A stretch of DNA of 64,000 nucleotides, from NCBI RefSeq assembly GCF_001194135.2, contig NC_068982.1, positions 32,326,627 through 32,390,626 of the forward strand, read 5' to 3'. This document shows positions 37,200 to 48,980 of this stretch, piece by piece. Source of the DNA: Octopus bimaculoides. Taxonomy: Eukaryota. The notes beneath the pieces are model-generated. The model was not told the origin of the DNA. It saw only the letters and a program-made list of their open reading frames with translations, and did no database searches. The first letter of the stretch is position 1, and every line of letters starts with the position of its first letter. A program made the translations under genes and the position numbers.

Positions 37200-37900
37200 T
37201 GTTGCTGTGTAACCCTGGGATAGAGTCACTTGTATCTTGCAAACACATTATACAAAGCCATTAATGCAGATCCAGTTGCATATTGCCCTTATATCATGCA
37301 GATCATTTGCACATTGCCCAAGTATACATTGTATATTTGGTCAATCGCTTTACCAACTCTCACCCTCTATGTCATCAGTTTTCACTATCTTTTACATTAT
37401 TTTAATGCTTACTAATTGCTGGTTCTCAATCTAAAAGGAAGCTAATGTAGTGATTCTCCAGCTACCAGATGAAGTTTGCTTTCCACCATTTTCATTGGTT
37501 TATTGAATGAGAGCAGCAGTATCTCTCAGCCATATATTGGCAATATCAATAGAACTCAAGGCTTTCGTCTGTCTCTTATAGCCACAACTCTGCCTGAACA
37601 AGGACTCAGTTGTTTACTTTTGTTTCAGCTAGTCTTAATAACGACTCTTTTCAGCTGAACAAGACATTAATCTACCATATCTCAATTCTGCCAATTGACC
37701 TGCAATCTTCATTGAAGTTTTATCTCAGCAATATTTTCCATTCACTAGCAAAACTATTTTTACAACAAAATTCAAACTGTCTTTTCATACATATTGTAAT
37801 TAGAAAGTTTAATTCTTTTTTTCTCTGTGAATTACTGCCTTATCTAAATCTTCAAGCCTGTACTCCATGACCATTTGGAAGTAAATGTATTGGGCACGTT
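37200..37900 (-). mobile_element. Old degenerate LINE fragment, probably Tx1/L1-like
   Basis: A stop-riddled frame contains WKANFIW*LENHYISFL, loosely parallel to LDNFQKxLAW in the 63-kb Tx1 copy. Confidence 0.35.
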
Positions 37901-38579
37901 GAATTAATATAATTAATAGGCCAGCAAAGGTTTACCTTCAGGTGGCTTACAGGAAATAAATGAGAATTTATATATATTTTTTATTGTTCTCACATCAATA
38001 TTTTCTAGAACCTTAAGGCAGTGAGCTGGTAGAATCATAGGCAAAATGCATAGTAGTATTTCCTTCATCTTTACATTCTGGGTTCAAATGCCATAGGGGT
38101 CAGCTTTGCCTTTCATCCTTCTGAGGTTGATGAAATAAGTACCAGTTGAGCATTGGGGTCAATTTAATCAACTTAGCCCCTCCACTAAAATTGCAGGCCT
38201 TGTGCCAAAATTTGAGACCAATATTTTCTGCAACCTTTTTACCACAAATTTTATACCTTACTGTAGATATTTCAGTTTAAGCTTTAATGAAAGCCATATA
38301 ACTTGGCTTGTAAATTTACCTAGTGACCAGTCAACTACTGATGACTGGTCAAATACCATCAAGCCCTTTATTTCACAGTTTAATGGTTTCATAAAAGAAA
38401 GGTCCTTCAGCTGTGAAAATATTCAGAAATTTTAAACTGATGAGAATACTCTCTTACTGGTTCCAACTAATAGTCTGCAGCCATGCTGTGTCACTGCTAA
38501 CACAATAGAAATGGAGTAATTAGCCTGCCTTAAGCACTATATTGAAGGCAATTTTTATTGCCAACTTAAAGTGGATGTA

Positions 38580-38985
38580 TTGTTAGAGCACCAAATACTG
38601 TATTATATATCTTGAGAGGACCTCTCATATAGCCACATGGTAGATAAAAGCACACACATTTGTATTTTTGGCAAACGTAAATCATCTACTACAGGCATCA
38701 AAACTGCCATATCATGTGATTTCAACATGCTACATCTCTTCAGTGGCAGATGTCCGGTAGCTGCATACCAACCAAACCTTACTGCCATCAATATAGGGAA
38801 TTTTAGGGTGTATTCAGGCACTGATGTTGCAAATAGCCAGCAGGTTTATCAAAAAATAATTATTAGTGACAGAAAGTAATTCTCATCTGCTAGTGATATA
38901 AACATGTGTGCTTGTATGCACCATGCACCCACATAAGAAGTCCTCTTAAGGTAAATAACACAATATTCAGTGCTCTACTAATACA
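38580..38985. mobile_element. MITE family F
   Basis: The inverted ends are CTTGAGAGGACCTCTCATAT and ATAAGAAGTCCTCTTAAGG. The internal GTATTCAGGCACTGATGT is shared with the second copy at about 41470-42291, which is split by a SINE A. Confidence 0.7.
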
Positions 38986-40664
38986 TCCACGATAAGTTGG
39001 ATACAAAGATTGCCTTTTGGTATTAATACTGCTTCTTTTGCTAATAATTACTATATTAAAGAGTTTAACCAATCTATTTTACAGTATATCAACTATCAAC
39101 ATCGTCTAGACTTCCCATGAGTTAATGTGTTATAAATGTTCTGTTGGTTAACTAAACATTTTTTTCTTGCATGAGGAATCTTATTTTCTTTAACACTCCA
39201 CAAAACTCTATCAGTCAACATTAATAAACTCAAAAGAATTCAACAATAATCCATCTAAGAAATATGACATAAAAATAGAAGTTAAATTACTACAGACTCT
39301 TTTGTAAATTTTTCTGAAAAACAGATTGTTTTTTTTTTTCTCCCTCCTTGCGTTATACTTTTTACGCCAAAGGCAGTACAGAAAAGTTGGTACATCTTTA
39401 CCAACAATCAAAAACACTAGTTCATATCCAAGATCAAAGCATGGTGGAATTTAAAAATCCCAAAAGGTCTATTTATAGAAATTGTCAAAGAAAGAGTAAA
39501 TATTAAATATAGCCTCCCAAAATAGAAAATCAGGAAATTGAAGACAAAAGGAATCTGGAATAAAGAAAACAATTTCTTAAAAGTTTGTATATACAGCTGT
39601 TACTTGCAAGTGAGTATGGCTTCATAAAATGTCATGCTTTTGCTAATTGTTTTTAGATACCTATGAAGATATAGACAATCTCTAACCCCATCATTCACCT
39701 TTAACCCAGCAGGACATCTAAGAAATGTGACAGCTAGAGGGAGAGAGGGCTGATACTCATTTACAGTTCAGCAGACTAGAGCAATATAAAGTGAAATAAC
39801 TTGCTCAAAAACACAACATACTGCTTGATCCAAGAATTGAACCTATTACTGTGATCATGAGCCAAACATGCTAACCACTAGGTCACATGCTGATAAATTC
39901 TCAAAACATCTGTTATATTGCTCATGTTTTACAATATTACCATGGGTTGTTCGTTGATGCAAATTTTGATATTTGCAAATTAATAACAAACCTCTGTAAC
40001 TAAGAAATTGTTGTCCTGCCTCAGTTTCTTCTAACCTGATCCTGTGAAGTGTCCTTTACAGGAACCTAATCAATGCATGTATCTTCAGTTTTTGTGTTCC
40101 CTTGTGCATCCAACTTGTTGAGCAACCCCTCCCTTTCAAAGGACAGTATCAAAGATTTTTTACAGGGTCACTCAGACTGGCAGAAGTTAGGGACAGGACA
40201 GTATCCTCAAACTGGAGACCTGGCCTGAAGGCTTACAACAGAGTTGACCTTGCAAAGGTACTTAAAAACCAGGTGGTGGTGTTCAACTACGGAACTCGAT
40301 AAGTTACCAAGTAAACCATGACAGAACTTGAACTCTAGAACATAAAGAGCTGTAACAATTACCATATGGCATCTCATCTGATGCTTCAATAATTCCACCT
40401 CTCCATCACTGAAGTATGAGGGTACTTTATCAACCCTGGAAGGACAAAAGGCAAAGTTGACCTTAGTGGGACTTGAACTCAGAACACCCCAGAGATGAAA
40501 TAAATACCATAAGGCATTGTGTTCAACACACTAACAACTCCCTAATTTGTGAGTGTGTGCGCACATGCACTTGTGTGCATATACATGTGCACACTAAATG
40601 CATGACAGAATTATGGTATGTTAGTTGAAGTTCTTAATATTCATGATAAACTCCCACTGCTGTA

Positions 40665-40882
40665 GGAGGCGGTACTGAAAAGTTCTTGGCTTTAAGGGAA
40701 TCAAGAAAGGCCTGGTTGGCAGCCCAACCTTCCGAGTTCTTTTGCAGGGCTTAGAAAAACAGAAGGACCACTGCAATAAGTGTGTGAATCTGAGAGGTGA
40801 ATAGGTTGAATAAAATCATAATTAACTGAGACCCTCCTGTATTTTCTTTTACTCAAAGCCAGGAACTTTTCAGTACCCCTTG
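40665..40882 (+). mobile_element. mariner-derived MITE
   Basis: It has TA flanks and TIRs GGTACTGAAAAGTTCTTGGCTTT / AAAGCCAGGAACTTTTCAGTACC. It retains a mariner C-terminal remnant DHCNKCVNLRGE*VE* (cf. RWxKCVxxxGxYVE). Confidence 0.88.
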
Positions 40883-41469
40883 TATGCAATTATTATAGGG
40901 CATTATAATTTGTCATCATTGAATGTATGTTATAGAAATGTGCATTAACAAATGTGAAATAAAAGAAATATCAAATTCCTGCTTTGTGTGTGTGTGTGTG
41001 TATAATTCTATACATGAAGATAGAATAATATAGAGATTAAAATCTCTTGTAGGAACAAACACAAAGGTTAATAATCAAGGCAAGACATCAGTATAAATGT
41101 AGTATTAAATACAGAGGAAGTGAAAAGAGAGGTTAAAACACTAGACTATTCAACAAAGGTCAGCAGTTCAAACTTTACCTAATCCATCTCCCCCAGGGCA
41201 CCCCTCCCTCTCTCTCTCTCTCATTTCCTTCAACCTTTAGTCTGCAGCATTTCACACAAAACATTAGCAGTGCTAACTTCTTTCAAGTTAATTTTATTTC
41301 CCAGTCTGAGAAATCCTAACAAAGAGATGTACTTTCATCCTATTCTTGTAGACTTATTAAAAAAAATAGAAAAAGAAGGAGTTACTATCAATTTAAAGAA
41401 AATGTACCAGCAAAACCCTATACAAAACAATCACCTCTTGGCAACTTTTATCTCCAGTGTAGCATGGAT

Positions 41470-42291
41470 GTAATTTAAAAACACAGAATACTATGTTGTT
41501 TACCTTGAAAGGACCTCTTACATGGTCATGCAGTGTATAACAGCACATATAACAGTACATATATCGTTGACAGACAAGAACCTTTTGCTATGGCCACCAG
41601 AACTGCTAGATCACATGATTTCATTTTGTTTTAGGCTCCTCAGTGGCAGATATCCAGTAGCAACATAACAGCCAAATCTCCTGTGAACGATAGGCTGTGT
41701 GGTAAGTAGCTTGCTTACCAAACACATAGTTCCAGGTTCAGTTCCATTGCATGATACCTTGGGTAAGTGTCTTCTATTATAGCCTTGAGCCGACCAAAGC
41801 CTTGTGAGTGGATTTGGTAGACGGAAACTGAAAGAAGCCCTTCATATATATGTATGTATATGTTTGTACCCCATCACCATCACTTGACAACAGATGTTGG
41901 TGTGTTTACGTCACCACAACTTAGCAGTTTGGCAATGGATACAGATAAAATAAGTATTAGGCTAACAAAGAATAAGTCTTGGGGTCGATTTGCTCAACTA
42001 AAGGTGGTGCTCCAGCATGGTCACAGTCAAATGACTGAAACAAATAAAAGAATAAAAGAAAAAGAATAATATCAGTGTCTATTCAGGCACTGATGTCACA
42101 AATAATCAGTGGGTTTATTAAAAAATAATTAATGTCACTGAATAGCCCCAAAACAGAACAAAATCACATGATCTGACAGTCATAGTGGACTGTTCTCATC
42201 TGTGAATGATATAAATATAAGTGCTTTTATGCACCACAAGTCCATATGAGAGGTCTTATCAAGGTAAGTAATGCAGTATTCTGTGTCCTAA
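41470..42291. mobile_element. MITE family F copy with nested family A SINE (41685-42065)
   Basis: The inverted ends are TTACCTTGAAAGGACCTCTTACATGG and CCATATGAGAGGTCTTATCAAGGTAA. Confidence 0.75.
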
Positions 42292-43419
42292 TAATGGCCA
42301 CCTTACTTTGGAGATTGCCGTTTGGTGCTAATACTACTGCTGTCATTATTAATTATATTTTAATCACCTTCTGGTTGATAATTAACCCTTTAGTATTCAA
42401 ATTATTCTGCCAAATGCAATGCTTTTTAATTCACATTGTCTTGAATTAATCATGCATTATCTTGTAGCTTTGAAATCTTGATGATGTAATTTGTATATTT
42501 TTACAATGACATTGAAGGGTATGTGTGATAGGCTCGATCTGGGTGGTTTCAACATAAAACATGAATATTTGGGCCATATACAGCCAGTTTAATTGTTAAA
42601 GGGTTAAGGTGTGTTAGAACTCAACAGCTAATTAATAACTATTGATCATTTATAATATTTACTATTTTAATTTCTTCTCCATCCCATTTGAACATCCTCT
42701 AGGGGCTTGAACCTTCTCAGTTGAAGTAAAGCAGATACATTTATACGTTTGTTGTTTAAACCCAAGACAATCTTAATCAAACAGACCTTTATAAACATTG
42801 CCATTCCACTTGTGATTATTCATGTCTTTTTACAATAACAGATATCTTGGACTACATTATCTAACGTGCACTCATATTTTAAGATACTATGGTGTAATTT
42901 GAGGGATGTTTTGCTGCTGTTTCTATCAGAAGGAAAGTCTCACCCAAAGAGGCTCCTTCATTGGCTTACAGACAGATACATTTAAACACATATGATGTCT
43001 GAGACTAGGGTTTATTTTACAATGTAAACAAATAAACTAAAAAAGTAACAAGTACATAACGAGGTTACGAGGACATTGCCCTAATAATATAGTACAGTGC
43101 TAAATAGAATAGAAAGTGAGACAAGGAGAGCAATGGCAGCATGGGATTGGAGGGGGGGGTCTCTTGTATATTGATATGAAAACTAAAAAGCAAAAAAAAA
43201 AAAAATGAAATAAACACCAACATACATCTACAACTAAATGAGAGAATACTTGTTTAGCAGTAAATGGGTGTTGGTGGTGGAGGAGGGGGAATTGAAATAC
43301 TAAACACTAAACAAAAACAATAGTGAAAAGCAAGCTGAAGATAATTAGAAGAAATAGATATATTAATAAGATCTCTTTTTTTTAGATTAGGTTCCTCTCT
43401 CTTTAATACATGCACTCAC

Positions 43420-43494
43420 TTCCATTGAAACCAGATACAGGAGTTTAATTAAAATAAAACCCCAAACTGTATCCAAAAGGTTTGCATCAAAAAT
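43420..43494 (-). other. Candidate 75-nt upstream exon, in phase with the Gab PH exon (unverified)
   Basis: It reads ttcttcttcaagcag|ATT TTT GAT...TCA ATG GAA|gtgagt and is open as IFDANLLDTVWGFILIKLLYLVSME (phase 0-0). Confidence 0.2.
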
Positions 43495-43679
43495 CTGCTT
43501 GAAGAAGAACAATTTCTGATTTAAGCACAAGGTCAGCAATATTTGGAAGAGAAGTGGGTTAGTCGATACTATTGACCCCAGTACTTGACCCTCCTCCTCC
43601 CCCCACCCGATTCAAAAATGGAAGAAATGTAGAAGGAATTCCATCCAATGCTCTATCAATTCTGCTGATCCACCCACTA

Positions 43680-44020
43680 CCTCTGGTCACATGACTCAAT
43701 GATTACAGTGTTGGGTTCACAATCATGAGGCAGTGAGTTTGATTCCTTGACCGGGCTGTGTGTTGTGTTCTTGAGCAAAACACTATTTTATGTTGTTCCA
43801 GTTCATTCAGCTGTAGAAATGAGATGCTATGTCACTGGTGCCAAGCTGTATTGGCATTTGCCTTTCCCTTGGATAACATTGGCAGCATGGAGAGGGGAGG
43901 CTAGTATGCATGAGTGACTGCTGGTCTTCCATGAACAACTTTGCCCAGATTTGTGCCTTAAAGGGGAATTTCCTAGGTGCAATCCCATGGTCATTCATGA
44001 CCAAAGTGGGGTCTTTACCC
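43680..44020 (+). mobile_element. Family D SINE
   Basis: Homologous to 16765-17140 (GTTGTGTTCTTGAGCAA..., TTCCTAGGTGCAATCCCATGGTCATTC). Confidence 0.85.
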
Positions 44021-44665
44021 TTTTAAAGTCATAAGGCCTGAAATTTGGAAGCAAAAGTTAGTTGATACTATCAACACCAATATTTCTGATTGGTGCATTA
44101 TCAGCCCTGAAAAGATGAAAGGTAAAACTGACCTCAGCAGAATTTGAACTCAGAAAGTAAAGAATCAAAATATATATAACAAGACAATTTTATCTAATGT
44201 CCCATTGATTCTGACAAAGGCATAAGGTCATTAATTTCAGAGGAATGGATAATTGCAATTGTGATATATAGGTCAACTTCTTGAGCTAAACTTTTACACC
44301 TGTAATTACAGAATTAAAAACACCCCAAGTCTCCAGATATTGCCTAGGCCCTGAATTTTTATTTATCCCAAAATCATATCTGTATAATGCTTGATCCCAA
44401 CCCCTAATTATAAGTTTAAAAATTCATCTAAAAAAGTCAAACCTACACATGACTAAATATGATATACTATTTAACAGGGTGGAGGTGCTTGTTTCCACTT
44501 TGAAAACATAAGGACACAGGAAATGTGTCAAGTCCAACAGGAAACGGTGTTTCCTAGAGCTAAATAACAGTAGCATTCTTCCCTTTCATAGGACTGTCAT
44601 ATTAAGTTGACAACATACTATCACTTTATCGTGCTGCTACTGCATAAATCTCTCTGAGAGATTTA

Positions 44666-45345
44666 GAAATGTATTATTTCTTGTGGGGTTATGTTGAACA
44701 GCTGCTGTCGCATGTGGGACAGATCCATCTCTCGGCCGAGTCTGTAGTGATGATTGCACTGCCACCCTCCTTCAATCGGGCAAGCAAGGCAGTTTTCCTT
44801 TGCCTGGTGGCTGTGGCGAAAGAAGCTGTTTGGTGGACAAGGCTGAAAGGTATGAAAACAGATACATTCCTCTTTGGTAGATCTCTCTTTGACTTCTTCA
44901 AGTTTCACTTGAAAAGGAAGTTGAGAGTGGAGAGAGAAGTGCTGTACTCAAGTGAGTTTCTTGAAAGGTAGGTGAAAGTTGCAAAAATGGCAAGAGTGGA
45001 TGGTACCTCTCTAAGTGTAGACCTGTGAGTTAGAGAGAAGGAATTAGCGAGGGCACTTGGGTTTCAGGGAAATCTCGGATAGTGGAGTTCCTTGGTTAAC
45101 CCTAGAGGTGTTCCTGTATCAGGAGGGCCACATCTCTAGCATCCTCCCCCACCCTTTTCTTTTTACCTTTGTATGCTATGCATATGTTCTTTCTTTTCAA
45201 GTGTACACCGTGTATACTTTTTTTTTTTTTTTATCCTTTCATTACTATATGTAAACGCCCAACACTTTATGTCTGTCTCTGTATTGTCCCCCTCATCCTT
45301 TGCCCTTGTGGCAAATAAATGAAATCATTATTATTATTATTATTA
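44666..45345 (+). mobile_element. 5'-truncated Tx1/L1-clade LINE 3' end
   Basis: The ORF2 C-terminus reads LWGYVEQLL...AKEAVWWTR...KRKLRVEREVL..EFLER(W>stop)VKVA. The 3' UTR ends GCCCTTGTGGCAAATAAATGAAATC(ATT)n. It is homologous to the 62930-63830 copy, which shows the CCHC knuckle. Confidence 0.85.
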
Positions 45346-45799
45346 TCATCATCAAGGTGGTGAGCTGGAAGAATCATTACCACACTGGTCAAAATGCTTA
45401 GTGGTATTTCATTCATCTTGACAGTCTGAGTTCAAATTCTGTCAAGGTCAGCTTTGTCTTTCAGGGTTGATGAAGAAAGTACAAATTGAGCACTGGAAGG
45501 GGGTGGGGTGATGTAAAAGACTTCCCATCCCCCAAAATTTCAGGCCTTGTGTCTATAGTAGAAAGAATTATCATTATGAAAAAGCAAGGCAGTGAATTTG
45601 ACAAAATCTATAAAACACTGGAATTGCAGTTGTGCCTTATATCAATTTAATAAAATCGATAAAAAATAATTTGAGATCAACTTTGCCTGTCATCTTTTAT
45701 TTTAGGGGTGATGAGGGCAGTGGATAGTAAAATAAGTACTGGTCATTTACTGATTTTAAGGAAATCATTAGAAGACAATTTAGGGAAAACAGACAAATT

Positions 45800-45845
<46 letters not shown>

Positions 45846-46411
45846 GCCATGTAAAGTATTGAGATCACATTTTTTTGACTTTGGGCCTCATAGGAAAGAT
45901 GATGACAGACCAAAACAATGAGGTGAAGAAAAACAAAAACAACAAATCAGACCTTGAAAATATTAATGATGATGATGGTGATGGTGATAGTGGTGGTGAT
46001 TATGATGAAGGGATGATGATGACTGTGAGGAGGAGGAAAAGGAGGAGGCTGGTATGTTTGGATTTTAATATGTTCTTATTCAACCTCAAGTCAACAAACA
46101 CACAGAAACAGGTATTCCAGCTGTAGCCCTTCAATCATTTTTTTTTTACAGACCCAGTGTATACAGAAGTACATTATCCAATATGTCATTTTGTTTTAAA
46201 AATTATAGAACATTTTGAAGGAGATGTAGCTGTTATTTCTAGCATGTCAAGTGACATGTAGCAGTTCCTTCATTGGCTTGTTGATGTGGCTGAAATATTT
46301 GTAAATACTCAAGATCTAAAAATAGAAAGTAAATAGATCAGGAGTAGAAGGGAGAGGAACAGGAGGAGGAAGAAGAGTGAGAAAATGTTAATATCAGATC
46401 ATTATTAACAA

Positions 46412-46935
46412 CAACAACAATAATAATGATAATAATAATTGTTTCTACAATAGGCATAAGGCCTGAAATTTGGGGTCAGGTGGATAGTTGATTATATCAA
46501 CCCTAGTCTTTGAGTAGTACTTATTTTATTGATCTTGAGAGGATGAAATGCAAAGTTGAACTTAGGAGATTTGAACTCAGAATGTAACGAGCCAGAAGAA
46601 ATACCACAAAGCATTTTTACCCTGATGTGCTAACTGCCCTATGAGCTCACCACCTAAATCATCATCATCATCATTTAATGTCCATTTTATGATGATGATG
46701 ATGATGATGATGATGAAGGTGGTGAGCTCATAGGACAGTTAGTGCATTAATGTAAAAATGCTTTGTGGTATTTCTTTTGGCTCGTTACATTCTGAGTTCA
46801 AATCTCCTGAAGTCAACTTAGTACCAATCAAAGACTAGGGTTGATATAATCAACTATCTACATTGCCCCAAATTTCAGGCCTTATGCCTATTGTAGAAAC
46901 AACAATAATAATAATGATAATAATAATAATAATAA
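46412..46935. repeat. Inverted duplication of a family B SINE forming a ~230-bp foldback
   Basis: The two arms share private variants (GATAGTTGATTATATCAACCCTAGTCTTTGA; CCTATGAGCTCACCACCT). The right arm lacks about 35 bp. The spacer is TTTAATGTCCATTTT between (ATC)n and (GAT)n. Confidence 0.9.
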
Positions 46936-47706
46936 ATTTCAGTACAAAGTCAGTAATTTTGTGGGAAGGGACCTAAGTCAATTCCACCATCCCCAGTACT
47001 TTATTTTATTAGCCTGAAAGAATAATAAAAAATAAAAAAACAAGCTAACTACAGGATGATTTGAATTAATAATAATAATCCTTTCTACTATAGGCACAAG
47101 GCCTCAAATTTTGTAAGGAGGGGAGTAGTTGATTACATCGATCCCCAGTGTTTCACTGGTACTTCTTTTATCAACCCGGAAAGGATGAAGGGTAAAGTTG
47201 ACCTCCGTGAAATTTGAACTCAGAACATAAAGACAAACTAAATGCTACTAAGAAATTCTGGCATTTTACCTGGATAATAATCTTTTCTATAGTCACAAGG
47301 TGTGAAATATTTAGGGAGGTGGCTAGCCAATTATATTGATCATAGTGATCGACTGGTGCTTATTTTATGGATTCCCAGAAGGATGAAAGGCAAATTAGAC
47401 CTCAGCAGAATGAAAATGTCAATACCAGAAATATCCAAACAGAAAACAAGTCGCATAACAAAACTAAAGTACAATCCACCATCTAACCAACTCTGTAGAG
47501 CTTTGTGACTAAAATCTACTCCACCACTATGTGAAACAGTAAATGGTAAATAAATAGTTTCTTAGTACGCCAGGAGGGATACAAAAAGACAACATTAAGA
47601 CACATACATTGTGATACACAGACCCTGAAAAGTTACAGATGTGACTCAAGAGCTGAGTTTTATGCTGGTAACACAAATGTCATGAGTTCAGGTTTCATAC
47701 TGGCCA

Positions 47707-47747
<41 letters not shown>

Positions 47748-47994
47748 GTGTGTGTGTGTGTGTGTATATATATATAGTCAAATCGTCCAACCCATGCTAG
47801 CATGGAAAGCGGACGTTTAACGATGATGATGATGATATATATAAATGTATATAATTATATATATAATCTAATGTGAACAATATTTAAAATATGAGGTATT
47901 AATAGTTCTTTTGCTAGAGACACTGAGATTAGACAGATTTATATAATGTGCCTTGTCTCCAAGCAATCTTTCGTTTATATAGTTTACAGAACAC

Positions 47995-48037
<43 letters not shown>

Positions 48038-48127
48038 TACATACATACATATATAAATATATATATATACACACACACACAAACATGCATGTCTACATAG
48101 ATCTATACACATCTATGTCACCATCTA

Positions 48128-48172
<45 letters not shown>

Positions 48173-48537
48173 GTATATATATATGTATATATATATATAC
48201 AAGTGTGTGTGTTTATTTATGTGTAAAAGCTTACCTTGTATTCCCTTTCAAATAACAGTTGTGATTAATCCCAAACACACACACACAGTCGTTTAGTTTG
48301 TGGTTGCCTGCATGGAGAACGATAGCCATGATTTGGAAAGGTTGGGCAGGGAAAAATGTTTCAAGCAGGTTTGATGTAGTTGCACTCAGGAAATAGCTAG
48401 AGATATAGAATTTTCTTTTAAAATAAACTTGAAGGAGGGAGAGAGGGGGGAGAATGTGATTTGAGATTTTTTTGTATTCTTTTTTTTTTTGTGTGTGAGT
48501 GATATCTGCCTGATTGTCTGTTTCTATGAATGTATGT

Positions 48538-48576
<39 letters not shown>

Positions 48577-48932
48577 AATGCATGTATAACATACACGATG
48601 TGAATGAGTGGTTATGTTTGTATATACACCCACACCTGTGTGCGTGTGTGTGTGTGTGTATATTTATGAGCGTGGTAGCTGTCTGTTTGCCCAGACTTGT
48701 GTGAGCAGCCCCCCCCCTGTTTATTTATATCTACATACACCCACCCACATATACATACATATAAACACACACACATGTATATAGATATATGCTCACACAC
48801 AAACACAAACATTTATACAAACCCACAAATGTATAGATTCACATATACTTGATCATATAAGCATATTCACACACACTCACATTCACATATACAGCTGTGT
48901 ATAATCACTCACACACACACACACACACACAA

Positions 48933-48980
<48 letters not shown>

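Noticed and set aside
48235-48307. 73-nt minus-strand exon candidate with strong donor AAG|GTAAGC
   Set aside because: It contains a (TG)n tract, has a modest acceptor and ends in phase 2, which does not fit the Gab PH exon. At best it is a UTR exon.
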